The notes: a model not told the origin generated them from the letters alone. A stretch of 63,451 bases of DNA, filler included, from Diploschistes diacapsis (GCA_023645945.1; 6 parts of 6 records of this genome joined end to end with filler, not necessarily neighbours in it), one strand, 5' to 3'; positions 23,397 through 36,339 are shown, numbered from the whole stretch's first letter. Numbers and translations are program-made.

Positions 23397-26300
23397 CAAA
23401 GTCCACAATTGGCCGTTAGAGATTGCTGTAAGAGATTTCTGCGCCGGATAATAGGCTTTCTTTGTTGAGTCGGAATCTACATGCAGTACATGTAAGCGAA
23501 AAACTCGAAAGACGCAGGTTGGGGCATGAATAACGTTCGATGTTACTAGGTACAGTACCGGATATTGTTGGGACGAGCAGTTTTTTGGGTGGGGTGAGGG
23601 AAGCGCCGCATCAGAGTGGGACGTAGTCCAGACAGTCGGTAGGCACACGAAGGAAGCCGAGGATTAGAAGAGAGGTATGAAGAAGCACAGAAATAGAGCC
23701 GTGGAAAGGCATGATGGCTTGCGGTTTTGAGGACTAGTAGAGGTCGATTGAGAAGAGGTTGGTGCCTAGTAGCGATTAATGAAATCATCACCACATTGCC
23801 GATGAAAACGCCGCAACAATCGAGGTCTTCCCGTCCCGAAGTGCGCCGTGTGTCGCTGGCAATCTCCGAATCGCCTCAAAATGGACATTAGCACTAGACT
23901 ACTGCAACTCATAAAGGGTCGGGCGGGCGCTAGGAGTCGTTCTCCCTTGCTGTCCTTGGTTGCTCGTGAGGGTAGCAAAGAAAAAATAACCGGACGGTCA
24001 AAATGGAAAACCGGGAGACACGTGAAAGCTGAATCGGGGAAAAACATAACTCCGCGGGGATTAGATCAACGATAATCTTTAGATATCGCTCTGCCCTACC
24101 ACTGTGGACGCTGCCTCGTCTTAGCTTCTTGCTCTGAGCCCTTCGCTCTCTACTACATCTAGAGCGCTCATGAACAATTCTTTGGCGCCGTGCCGTCATT
24201 CCGCCTGTTGTATAATGCATCCATAAACCTTCTTGAATACTCAAACGAACGGTGTGTCAAGATGTCCCCGTTTGGGCCCTTCAATCCCGAGTTTCTGCCA
24301 TGAAAACGTAAATTAATGGACAGCAAAGGGTTGAAAGAGTAACAGCATCAATGGGGGGGTGGTCCAATATCGTGCTGCAATAGCTTTAACTCTTAGATGG
24401 AAATGGCCCGGCTGGGGAATAAGGATATCTTGAAAAGCGAAAACGGAAAGCAACTGAACATCGAGTGCTCTGCTGGTCCTCAGAAAGGCTCCTTACTCGC
24501 AGAAAAATTATGTACACCATATTCCAGTCCAAATGAAGCGAACAAAAAATCGATGGTGCCCCGCTGCACCGCCTGCTCGTATCCCCTGTACAGGCAGAGC
24601 TGGCGAGTTAGAAACCCCCAAGATTCAAGATGAAGTGGAGCAGACGTCCAAGCGCTGTCCAGAGGCACGGGGCCATATACCAAGATGTCTCCCTTGATCA
24701 ACATCGTGCATGCCATGGTTCGAGACTAGCATCTCAATATATAGCATTCGTGCCAATCATCGTTAGATGGCCCAGTCCCACACACCCGCTAGACTGTCTT
24801 CATGCCCCGTCAACAGCGTTGTGTATCCAAAACTCGGTTTGGTTAGTATATTGCTGAAAGCGAGTGCTGGGCGCTTTGGTTGTTAGCTATACGATGAGCG
24901 ACGTAACGTGCAATTGTAAATAGAAGCTTCTGATATCGAAACAAAGACGTGATACAAGTGACTGCAGTGACATCTCGATACATGAACCCTATGCCGTTGA
25001 CCGCTTCGAACCTCTTCGATCAACAGTATAACGCCACTGTCCGACACCAACAGTTTGAAGAAAACACCTAGACCAGACACCGATCCCATCACTCTCACTC
25101 AGGGAGCCCTCCGACCAACCACTCATTCATAACCAGTAGTAGTCAACGATTGAGCCTCGCACACAAAGCTCGCCAGCACACACATACCCATCGCAGAAAA
25201 CCCCTTTCCATACCTTTACCGATAGAACCCGAACCCCACACCGCTAATCTAGGAGTGCTCTCCTCTCCTCCATCCCTCCTTGACGGGACCCCCCCCCCCA
25301 AATTCCTACGTACCGGCGCTCACGCCAGTCCCATACGATTGCAGCTACAAAAAATCAAGCGGCAGGCCATCCGTCCGCGTCTATCCAAGCTCTTGTTCTT
25401 ACTCCTGTTCCCCCCATAGCGTCACGCCGCGCAGCTGAACTTGACCGCTGATGGATGGATGGAAGCAGACAATAAACCGCGGGGGACAATTAAATTTTCC
25501 CTTGGAAGGCAGAGTGGGATGGGAAGGGGCTCGGGGAGAGGTTAGGTAGACGGGTATATTATATTGTATTATAGTGGGTAAGGTAGTATAGCGAGCCAAA
25601 CAATGGTGACTTTAATTCGGGCTTGGATGCAGGGAGGGGGCCAGGCAAGGTTGTGGGCTGATCTTCTATATAAGCATGCGATCGTTCGATTCGGGGGTAT
25701 ATTCGGAGAGGGTAAAAGAGATAGGGGGTGAAAAAAGGGATACATGTTTAGTAGCAGACAATGATTACCGTGTCGGCCCATTATTACCTAGGTTTCCTCG
25801 TTACTGTAGCATGTAGCAGCTATCTGATCTCGTCTTATCTTGTGTGCTTTTCATAGCGAATGTACCCGACTGTACTTACTTACTTACTAATTGCCTACCA
25901 CGAGCACCGAACAAGATACGTACCTATACGTGTATAAGAGGGGGCTTGAGAAGAAGCATTCTAGGCCCGCGCTTTTACCTCATTACCGCCGTCCTTGTCT
26001 GTCAGTTGTATGCGATATAACATGATGATGAATGAAACATATTGTTTCTTATTGCCTACCACCATAGATACTATATACGCATACTCCCATCCTCGCCCCA
26101 GCCTTAGCCTTAGCTTTGTGCCTTAGGCGGGCGGGCGAGCATATCTCCCTCTCCCCCTTTCTCCCTTCTTTTTCATCTCTTACAGCGACATTCCCCAATA
26201 CCCATCTGCCCACCTACCCGCAACACAGGTCCCCTCACAAGAGCAGCCACTAACCACTCCCCCCTTGCCCGTTTCTCCCGGATTCCCCATCACCAAGGAA

Positions 26301-26737
26301 CCCCAAAGCCAAGCTCCTTTGTTCCCCCTAGTACCCCCAGGTCGCTCACGGAAGTTCTCCAAGGAAGGTCCACGGTTGATTAAACGGTAGTATATAGTAA
26401 CCCCAATATAGATACTGTAACTGTGCATAATGCACTTGACAGCCGCTGGCATGTAGGGGATCTCGCCGGGGCAAGGTGAACCGCTACCCTGAAGTAGCAA
26501 CCGGGCGAGATGACGCATCTTCGAGCGGAAAAGAATACGGCAGGACACCAACGAGCCTTGATGGCGCAGAGGTACTCCCAAAAACAATAGAGGGCGAATC
26601 ATTACCGCGTCGTCGCCGATGCTGGGAATTGAATCGGATCGAACCGAACCGAACCGAACAGCACAAGTCAGAAAATCCAGACACCAGGCGCTGTCATCAA
26701 TTCATAACATTCAACAACTCCCTCGACCATTCAACCC

Positions 26738-28529
26738 TCAAAAATTGCCAAAGGGCGGCTGCTGCTGCCCGTCCGAGTCGTCCGCCTCGACCGTCTTCCT
26801 CCAATGCTCCGGCAAGCAAACGCACACCAACGGAAACGCCTTGACGTCGCCCATCGGCCCCTCCCCCTCCTCCGATCCCGGTCTCCACGACGAGGCCGGC
26901 TCGCGCTCGCGCTGCTGCGTCCCGTTCGAGACGCCGCTGTCCCGCTGCATCTTGTGCTTGCCGTCGTAGTCCTCGGCCCGGTCGCCGATGCGCACCCCCG
27001 TCGCCCACCCATCGTCCCAGATGCCCACCACCTTGAGCATGTCGCCGCGCTCCAGCTCGAACTCGTCGCCGGCGCGCGGTTGGTAGGCCCAGAGCGTGGC
27101 GACGTTGTCGCCCGGGCGTATGTCGTCGGGAGAGTAGTAGTCCTTGAAAAAGGGCAACTGTTCCGACTGTCCGCTCTGGACGCCGTCCGGCGACGATATC
27201 TGGTTGCTCGGCGATGTCTCGTCGCCCAGCGCTGCGAAGGCCGAGCCGCTCGAGAGCGATGCTCGCCGCTGCGACGTCCGGGGCGGTTGCAGGCCACGGC
27301 TCTCCGGGCTGCTGCCGTACGCATCCGAGTCGGACAGGCGTCCCTTTTCGTCGCTCAGGCTACTCTCCAGCGCCGCCATCCTCGCAACACGACCGCCCGC
27401 CACCGGTTGCATGTCCCTCTCCGCGCTGCTTATTCCAGCTCTCGCACGTCTCGGCGAGGGCTGGTTGAGACTGACGTTCCGACTTCGGCGTCGGCGTCTG
27501 GCCAGGATGCAGCACAGGAGTATCAAAGCCGGCAGCAGTACGGCAGCAACGATGGAGCCAATGACAATCCCGGCAATGGCGCCACCTGACAGACCGTTGC
27601 TGCTGCTGGGGGGCGCTGCCGTAGCTGACGGAATCGAGGTCGAGGTCGAGGCCGAGGTCGCGGTCGAGGTAGGGAACAGGCCGGGCATGCTGGAGAGTGT
27701 GGGCAAAACTACCCCGGCGCAACGCCCAGTCACGTTCGAGCCGTAGCAGCAGGAATCGGTAGCGTTGGGTGAGTTGGCACCGCAGTACCTGCACAGGCCT
27801 TCGAGATTGGTTGAGAATCCGCAGTTGTCGGGTTCGTTTTGCTCCGCCTTGATGCATGTTCCGCTCAGCGAATTCGCTGGAAGGGCGCAGTTTGTGAAAT
27901 CCGCTCGGATCTGAGCGACGTAGTTGGGTCCGGGAGTAGCGCAGAGCTTCGGATTGCTGGCTATTTCTTCCTCCGTAATAGCTTGTTGAGCCTGGCGAGG
28001 TCAGATTGGCTTGGTCAACAGATCGGCGCACGTACACATGAATCGGCGCACAGGGGCGTCAACTGGTTGCCCGACAAGCTGCACGGCTTGATAGAGTTTT
28101 GGACAATAGAATTACATATTACACTAGTTGTATATCGGGCATAGTAATCGGTGGTGTCTGTCAGATTGATATTATTACATCCAAGAAGTTGTTGGTATCT
28201 GTTGGGGTCAGCATGTCTATCGAGGTATTGTCTCTGGCGCGTACTTTGACTGAACGTAGCTCGAGTTCACGTACGAGGCGAGCAAGTGATCAAACTGGTC
28301 GCGACTCGAGACGAAAGACAGAAAGGGACTGGCACAGATTAGCAACAGAGAGGCGAGAGAGCTGGGCCAAGGCATACAAAAGGCCGGTCAGGGTAGAGTC
28401 GGTTGAAATGGACGAGGTGTTGAAGGCGGGACACTGAGTGCTGCCCTGCAACGAGATGCAGGATTGCGCAGAGGCAAGAGAAGCAATGACGGCGAACAGG
28501 GCGACAGCCGCTTGTCTCGTCGGAGGCAT
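26738..28529 (-). CDS. Signal peptide + Cys-rich ectodomain + Ser/Thr stalk + TM + cytosolic SH3 protein (multi-exon)
   Basis: N-terminus MPPTRQAAVALFAVIASLASAQSCISLQGSTQCPAF; TM GLSGGAIAGIVIGSIVAAVLL...RRRRR; SH3 LWAYQPRAGDEFELERGDMLKVVGIWDDGWATG...KAFPLVCVCLP. Confidence 0.85.
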
Positions 28530-28851
28530 CGTAGTCCTTATAATCTGCCTTCGTGCCCTCTGTTTCCTGCAGATCAGGTGCCGCTCCTGCAAATGAGTCC
28601 CCCTCTTTGCAAGAATTTCATAGTGCTTTGCGTCGAGGATTTAAGTTTTTGTGTGTGGCTCGTGCTGCCCAGACCAACGTTGCATTGACCGTTTGTGAAG
28701 CTCAGGCGTAGATTGTGGAATGTCTTGAAACAGCCGACTTTCTGGAGAGTGAGACGTAGATTGGAAGCGAGAGATCAAAGATCTAAACGAGTGACGAGAA
28801 GAAATAAACAAGCGCAAAAAATGAAGGAACGCTTTGCAGCCAAAAGCGGAT

Positions 28852-28897
28852 GCAGAAGCAGAAGCAGGAAGCAGGAAGCAGGAAGCAGGAAGCAGCA
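28852..28897 (+). repeat. (GCAGAA/GCAGGAA)n short tandem repeat
   Basis: gcagaagcagaagcaggaagcaggaagcaggaagcaggaagcagc. Confidence 0.8.
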
Positions 28898-29232
28898 ACA
28901 GCAGAGATCGAATACAGAGCAAGAAGTATTGGCGAGGTTAGGTCCAAGGAGGGAAGAGGGGAGGGAAGGAGGTCTGGCGGCAGGTCAGGTCAGGAAAGCG
29001 CAGACGGACTGAGAATAGGACGGGAGATGGCCCTTGACGGCAGAGCAACGGTGTGCGCGGAATAAGCTACCTGGGCCTCTAGGGTTGGGTTTTTGTATAG
29101 GCTTACAGCATAGGGGTTGAAGGTAGAGTAGGTTAAACTGCTTGGGTGTAAACTCTAAACAAACGAGGCTAGAGAAAGTGCGGAATAGCGGCTAAGCAAC
29201 TACTCCACCACGGAAATTAATTATTTGTGTGT

Positions 29233-29264
29233 CGTGACATCATGACATTGTGACATCGTGACAT
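29233..29264. promoter_or_regulatory. Four tandem 8-bp units containing TGACAT in a divergent intergenic region
   Basis: CGTGACAT CATGACAT TGTGACAT CGTGACAT; a regulatory role is inferred only. Confidence 0.3.
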
Positions 29265-29776
29265 CCTAACACCAGTATGGTTGTCGCCAAGGCAAGGATC
29301 TCTCGCTTACGATTTTACAGAGCACACCTTAAAGCCTCAGGCACGCCCAAGTACTAGTGTCTTAGCCCTTTTTCTGCGGACTATCATGCTAGTGCGCCAT
29401 GCTCACGCTAATAGTCAAGCTTCTTCTGAGGCTACAAATATATCTTCTCTTTGCGCAGCATCACGGATGATGGAATCCACCCGAGTCGCCTAAACCGTAC
29501 ACTCTACCCTCCAGGCTGAGTGAGAGCCAGACAATGTTCTTTGTTGATCAAGAGAACAAAAAATCCCACGCCTGAAAAAACAGAGCCATCGTTTAAGAGC
29601 CAAAGGCTGCCATGGCCCTCCTGGCAATGCGATTGTTCTTGACAAAGGAGATCGAAGGGCTCTATGAAGGCTTCTTTGCCATGCAGTCTTTGACAGGCTT
29701 GCAACGTAGTATATAGTAGGTCGTCGGCTCTCTCGTTTCAATACGGTCAACAAGCTTCTGCTGTGTATTTATTCAG

Positions 29777-31378
29777 GAGCTCCTTTCACTTTCTCATTCC
29801 TCGTATATTTGCCCGCCACTTGTGTACCCAAAGGGGAGAAGGGGACGGCAACAGCGACAAGTTCCCTTTCATCTTCCAGAGCAGACAGTACAGCTCCAAA
29901 ACATTAGCAGCAGCGGTATGCCCAGCGGTCTTCCGAAGCCAGTGGGGAAAGTGGCAACCAAGAGCGAACAGTCACTACGGCGGAAGCGAGGCATGAGCGA
30001 TATGTTTTATGCCGCGAGTCCTCCGAAGCAGACCATCCCAGCTGCTCCTAACAAGCAGCCCCTGAGCCATGGATCTCCGTCAACAGGCCGGACTCTTCGA
30101 TACGGCGATTTAGGCCCTCCACCGCAGCCTCTGCCTTTAAAGTTCCCACAGGCGACTCAGAAGCTGGAGCGGACTGCTTCCTTGCGTAGGGCAGCAACTC
30201 TATCGGGTCCAGCAAAGGTTCCCAAACAAGCGACTCCGACTAAGCAGCCTGCGAGCCGCGGTCTGCTGCCACCAGGGTCGGTTCTTCGACACCGTGAGCT
30301 AGGTCCTCCACCGCAGCCTCTTCCACTTAAGTTTCCGTCCGCGTCTCCTAAACACTTGGAGCGAACGACTTCCGTGGTGCGCAGGACAGAGACTGCACCA
30401 GAGCCAGCAGAATTTCTCGTTCATCCCGCTCCAGAGGGACGCAAAAAGACCCCACCTTCTCAGCGGCCAATTGAACAGGATCCAGACTCTAGCCTTTCCG
30501 ACCTGTCTCGAGGGAGGTCTCCACGCCAGCAATCCCCATCAGAAGAGTCCTCTTTCCTCGACGACGAATCTCTAGCCAGCCTGCACTCTTCCGTCTTAGG
30601 CTTAGGCATGCGCATCCAGAAACTCGCCCAAGGCCAAAACCTCGGCCCCAAGAAGACCCAAGCTCCCCAAGCCCTCTGCTCGACATCCAATGGCAGCAGT
30701 CACCGAAACTCGGTTTCCGTCGAAGAAGCTGCCAAAGTCAAAACCGATGGGGATACAGCCGAAGGAGCAGCCAGAGCCTCGCCCCCCTCCTCTCCCATCT
30801 CGCTTCTCTTCACCGCTGACCCCGCAGGCGCCGACCACGTCGACTTCCGCGCCGCGTTCGTTCCCGCTTCCAGCCCCAAGGCCAACACCGAGCCCACCCT
30901 CCGCAAAAAACCCACTCTCGCCCTCCTCTCCACCGAGCTCACCAGTCTCGAGCGCATCGAAGCCGCCCTCGATGAGGCGCAGCGCATCCAAAGCAGCGCC
31001 GCCGCTGCCGTCGCGCAGCTCGAGGCCGAGCTGGACGAGCGCGTGCGTGAGGCTGAGACGATTTTGAGAGAGAAAGGCGTGGTAAAGGGAGGAAAGCCAG
31101 AGGAGAAGGTGGAGAAGGTGAAGATAGCGGACGCCATGCCCACCATCCACGCGACGATCACACCCATCCCTGAGGAGCAGAATCAGAAGCAGGCAGAATC
31201 TCCCCAGGTACGTGCCCCCGCCCCACAGCATGGCCGTAGCCGTGCCCTGACCGACGCAGAGCGCGAGGACATCCTGCGGCGCATCCGGTGGCAGAAGGAG
31301 GAGCTCGGGGAGAAGGGACGCTGGGAGGAGGCGAGGAGGAAGGGGGGGGCCGTGATGTTTTTGGCCGGGAGTAAGTGA
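29777..31378 (+). CDS. Hypothetical Pro/Ser-rich protein with an internal duplication and a C-terminal coiled coil; start uncertain (ATG 29918 or an upstream exon)
   Basis: Open frame of more than 500 codons; duplicated LGPPPQPLPLKFP..LERT; helical ELTSLERIEAALDEAQR...ELDERVREAE. Confidence 0.7.
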   Translation, partial: ELLSLSHSSYICPPLVYPKGRRGRQQRQVPFHLPEQTVQLQNISSSGMPSGLPKPVGKVATKSEQSLRRKRGMSDMFYAASPPKQTIPAAPNKQPLSHGSPSTGRTLRYGDLGPPPQPLPLKFPQATQKLERTASLRRAATLSGPAKVPKQATPTKQPASRGLLPPGSVLRHRELGPPPQPLPLKFPSASPKHLERTTSVVRRTETAPEPAEFLVHPAPEGRKKTPPSQRPIEQDPDSSLSDLSRGRSPRQQSPSEESSFLDDESLASLHSSVLGLGMRIQKLAQGQNLGPKKTQAPQALCSTSNGSSHRNSVSVEEAAKVKTDGDTAEGAARASPPSSPISLLFTADPAGADHVDFRAAFVPASSPKANTEPTLRKKPTLALLSTELTSLERIEAALDEAQRIQSSAAAAVAQLEAELDERVREAETILREKGVVKGGKPEEKVEKVKIADAMPTIHATITPIPEEQNQKQAESPQVRAPAPQHGRSRALTDAEREDILRRIRWQKEELGEKGRWEEARRKGGAVMFLAGSK

Positions 31379-31742
31379 GAGGATACATAGGGAAAGGAAA
31401 GAAAATGGTGTTGATGGAGGGACAAATTGCTGCCTGCAGGACTGTGCTGGAAAGCGAAAGCGAGGAGAGCAGTGAAGGTAGGGGGGGGCGGATGCTTGCC
31501 TTAATTATTTTTAATAATCGTCTTGAATCGGGCCTTTGGATTTCCCTTCTGTGAATCGAAAGGTACGTATATATATCATCATGAACGTGTGCATATACAT
31601 GATACGCGTGCGGAGAGGGTCCGCGTGCTTACCTTCCCGGTATTCCTGACTAATGCCCAATAAACTCTTGCAACAAGATTTCACTCCCCGTTCGACTCAT
31701 CAACGTCCCGTAGGTTTTTCCAAGCCCATCGCAGTAAACAGC

Positions 31743-31842
31743 NNNNNNNNNNNNNNNNNNNNNNNNNNNNNNNNNNNNNNNNNNNNTTAATTAATTAANN
31801 NNNNNNNNNNNNNNNNNNNNNNNNNNNNNNNNNNNNNNNNNN
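31743..31842. other. Artificial contig spacer
   Basis: N44-TTAATTAATTAA-N44. Confidence 0.97.
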
Positions 31843-33571
31843 CTATAAGTGACATGCATTTGTATGCAAATTACATAGAGATCTAGGTACCTGGCAGAGC
31901 CACAGCGAGCTAGGCAGAATGCATCACTAGGGCGCCACCAAATATGTTACACAATTTTACAGTAGGCAGAATAGCACATACCGGATAGACTACATGATTT
32001 GCTAAAATAACGACATCTTGTCCAATTAGGTATACTTTTAAGAAGACCACGCTTCTTTATAGAGAAACTACCCCAGCCTCAACAAGACTAGCTAAATCTT
32101 GCATTCATTCATCTACTACTACCTTTGCTAGACATATGCAACGATGCTCGATGCACTGCGGCGGATTCATCGTGGAAAATATACCGTGCACTATGCCCTC
32201 ACGTTCAGGTAGGAATCGCGTATTGTTAGGGTAGCATCCCAAACAGCACCGCTTTCTACCTATAGGTTATAGCTCATAAGGGTAACTGTGGACGAAGTGC
32301 CAGATAATTCAGCGCGTTATGTCGATCAAGATCTCATGTTGACCAACGTCTCAAGATGATTGACATGGCCGTTTTGCTCGCCATTCCCGTTGAGGCCGCC
32401 ATCCCGTGATGGTCGTTATCGTGTGATGGTTCTCGACACCCATTTCGTTATTGTTTACGTGATTAGTCTTTCTTTAGTGGTACAGATGAATGTTTTCCCC
32501 ACTATATTACTGTTCTCTTCGCTTTGTATCTTGTGGCTATATCCAGGGCTGATCTACGGTGCTCTTTATAGTCGTAATTGAGAAGATTTGAGCATACTAA
32601 CCGCAGCGCACCGAGATAGATATATTAGCGCCTATTGCAGAATGATTAGCAGTGTTTACACGTGTTTATATCCAGGGTGCAATTGTACTGCCTTGTGGGA
32701 AGAAGCCATACAAGGTTGTAAAGGAGAGCGGCTGATACGCATTGCAACCAGCGTTTCAGCAAGCACCGTGCAACTAAGGCAGTAACTGAACTTGTTATTC
32801 AGCTTAGAGCCAACGGCGTGTTCAAGAGTGTTGTTTCAGCTGCGGAAAATACTAACAGAGAAAAAGTTCAACGCCATAATGTTTTACCAGGATGTCAGTC
32901 GAAACGCTGATGGCCAACATCCTCGGGAAGGTACTCTCTCACATTCAACCCTATACTATCTACCCACATGCTAGTCATGTCAGTGGCTGCTCATGGTCGT
33001 CCTGACGGCAACTACGGATAGGAAAGCTGCGACTCAAACGGCCTAGAGCTGGGGAAGTACCGGTAAAGAAGTAGCGGGAACGCTGCTTGTTACATTTCGT
33101 GACCGCTCCTAGACGAGTCAGTGAGGCTTTTAATTGATATATCGAAGTACATCTTCTCGAATGCTACATTATGAACTCCCAGATAACCTTATATAGCCCA
33201 CACACGGTAGGATTCAGAACCACGCCGACCCGTCATGATACTAGACGAATTCCAGCTTTCTCGGCCAGCGTTACTGAAAGAAGCTCATCATGGCAATGCT
33301 ATTCAAGTGTAAATCTCCATCTTTCCTCTGCGGTGATAATGAAACAAAGTGCATCTTATGATGAAGTGGTAAATCTCGATGTGAGGCAGAAACAGGGATG
33401 ACGTTTAGCTCAAGGTTCATCGCTGATGATTAACGTGAAAAAATGTATAAGAATGCCGTCTGTCTCAAGGTCTTTCTGAGAATCATCCACTTCAACAACA
33501 GCACAGGCAACAGCTTAGCGATAGCTTCAAGAAACAGACTCAGCTTCACTTTGGAACAGACCAACCTCAAG

Positions 33572-34093
33572 ATGCTATATGCTCCACCAGGGAACTCCCT
33601 TTGAAATACTCTCGCTCACAGGGGCAGTGCCTCAACCATCATCTCCCTTGCGGCTTTAGCCATTGCCAATCTCAGCCTTGCTGCTCCTACTGCTCAACCC
33701 GCCACTGTCAACCAGCTGGCGAAGCGCGACCAGTGCCAGTTGATTGGTTGGTTCGTGAACTACGAGGATGTCTTCTGTGGCGGCGCCTGCACCCCCCAGC
33801 TCATGTACGGCTTCGTCCTCCAGTATACGGGCGGCGTGCTCATTTCTGGTCCGCCCGGAGACCCTGAATACGACGGAGGCGCGACCCTGACTCCCTCCGA
33901 GACAAAGCTGCCCAACACCCTTCAGTGGAGCCCGAGCTCGAGCCTTTTCGCCTTTGGCAACTGCACCGTCGCTTACGTGGGCGCGACTTACGACCAAGGT
34001 ATCGTGGACAGTGATTGCCAGACAGGCAGTGCCGGCCCGGGATACTACTGCTCCAGGTGCACCGTTACCTTCCCGTGTGAGGGCGATCTGTGA
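33572..34093 (+). CDS. Small secreted cysteine-rich protein (effector-like)
   Basis: Signal peptide GSASTIISLAALAIANLSLA-AP, propeptide ending in KR, and a mature region of about 120 aa with 8 Cys ending CTVTFPCEGDL. A TATA-like TATAAG lies at about 33446. The start needs a 48-nt intron (33574-33621). Confidence 0.75.
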
Positions 34094-34728
34094 GAAAGTG
34101 GATGACCGTATGGCGGCCTCAGCGGCGATACTTTGCCAGGCTTTGAGTCTAGCAACATGTTAACAGTGGGGGCAATTTGGAGGGGATCAGATTGGGGATT
34201 GGGAACTACCTATCGTTGGATTCTTATTGGGCAGACTGTATCATAGGTATGCTAGACTTTCGTTGGTTATCTAGAAATTGTATCTATCGAGAAATGCATG
34301 CATAGAAAACTGAAAAAGGATAGCTCGGTTCTGGACACGAAAGCGCTCAACGTGCAATCAAATTGTAATGTTAAAATATCTGAAAGATAACGGTACCCAG
34401 ATATCACCTCGAAACAAGTCGAGGGAGACGCAAGGTTCCAGACTGGGACCCATTAGGAGGCATGCATTCGCCAGGGATATAGCCATACACTAAGCACATG
34501 TAGCTTAAGCCACCAAAGCTTCATCCATCAGAATACAGCATTGAGCTGGAAAATATAAAACCATGGGAGCAAGACTGAAGGGAATACTTCCAATACGTGT
34601 TCCAAAACCATAGGATTGGCACGCCAAGCAGATAGTTCATGTATCAAAGTAAAACATTATGATCAAACACTACATATATCCTAGCCTAGGTCGACGTATG
34701 TATATCATCATAATTCCTTGAAGAGACA

Positions 34729-35792
34729 TTATGCTTCTGGATCCGTCTTATTTGCAGACTCTTTCTCCGCTGCTGCAGTGCTGTTCCGGCAGTCGCTCGT
34801 CGACCTGCGAAGAGCCTGGACTATGCCAGGGAAGGAGGCCCACATTATACTGACGCTGACCTCCCAGACCGATATAATAAAAACTACAGGCATTTCTCCT
34901 GAACGTGTGAGTGGCTTTTGCACCATTGGGAACGACGCTGAGAAAGTTGCTTACTAGTAAAGTTTCTATTCTGTGCTGGCTCGATGGACTGCGTGAGTAT
35001 CGAAGGTAGGCATAGAATGACGATACTGGGAATGGGGTAAGCTTCACTATTATTCGTTGCGAGCGAACGGGGCGAGACCTACAGGAAGCCGATGATCCAG
35101 TACAGTAGCATCAAGGCCTTGTACTTCCACGCCGCTGAATCGCGGACAATTTGGACAAAGGAGAAGATTAGGATGGCGACACCGCTAGCTCCGACCGCGG
35201 CATTGGTGCCGATGAATACGGCCTGTGCGTTGAGACATGTTCCTGGCCTCGTGAGGTCCCAGTTATGCTCGACGGGTATGCATTGCGCGGCGTCCACGAT
35301 GGCTGCCACGGTGCCGCTGAGGACCGTCAAGACCAGGGTTGCAATCCAGGCGTACTTGAGGCCACGCTTTTCGAGTTTGAACGTGTCGCGCAGCATGAGC
35401 AATAATGCGACCTCTGTTGCGAGCTTGGCAAGGTGATAGTTGATAGCCCACGCATAGATAAGTTTAAGGAGGCTGGTCAAGCCGTCGACTGATATATAGA
35501 TTACTCCGTTCCCTGTCGCTCCATTGACAGAAACCAGCGACTCGGCTAAGAGTCCGCAATCAAGCAGGAGTGCCGCGACAATGGCATAGTCGGTTCCAAC
35601 CAGCCGGCGCCTTTTGACAAGTCGGAGGACTAGGAGGAGGGAAACGGTGAGAATCGCAATGCCGGCAATGGGCGATGTAAGAGCTTGGACGAGAACGGCG
35701 TTCTGGTAACTGATCGCGTATTGATCCGTTCCTGGGGACTGGTAGGGAGCAAGGCTCCGCTGCTGCGGTTGTAAGCTAGGAATCTGCGACAT
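34729..35792 (-). CDS. Divergent Pth11-like (fungal rhodopsin-domain) membrane protein, 3 exons
   Basis: LRLVKRRRLVGTDYAIVAAL, KLATEVALLLMLRDTF, QCIPVEHNWD..RPGTCLN and last exon WEVSVSIMWASFPGI. Confidence 0.75.
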
Positions 35793-36339
35793 CTTCTATC
35801 GCGGTAAAAGAATTGACGGGAATTTCCTCCATATATATACGCTCGCCCATTTGGGTTTAGCTCGGTCGTCGGTGCTTCGCTGACCTGATGCTGTTGACAT
35901 CGCTTTTCTGCTCCCACACCTTGCGAGCTTCTGCTCGAGAGATTCTCCCATCTCTTTCCTACCTCTGTTTCGTTACTGTTCTCAACGCTGAAAGTTTCTC
36001 CCTTTATTTCCTCTGTTTCCTAAAGCCTCGAGAATATGTAACCATGGCCGTAACGTTGAGGCAACCTTCACTTTGCCCTAGCCGCCTGGCTATGGACAGT
36101 ATAGTAGAAGCAAAGATTCAAGTTTCTGCCACCTCTTTCGCTCTCTGCTTCGTCCTACATTTTCTCTTGTTGCTCATGCCCAAACCCGACCCTAACCCTC
36201 CCATCCATTGGAGATGGTAGAATCGATGTCGAATTCACTATTGTCGTGATTGTTGGGATCATTAGCCCGAGGAGGATAAGGATCGTGGTGCTGGAACGAA
36301 GGTATATCGATATGTATACTGAGCCTGCGTGAAATTGCA

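Noticed and set aside
26731..27746. Long overlapping and antisense ORFs (197-261 aa)
   Set aside because: Shadows of the GC-rich SH3-TM coding exon
36185..36202. Telomere-like CCCTAACCC upstream of the captain
   Set aside because: Only a single unit, expected by chance
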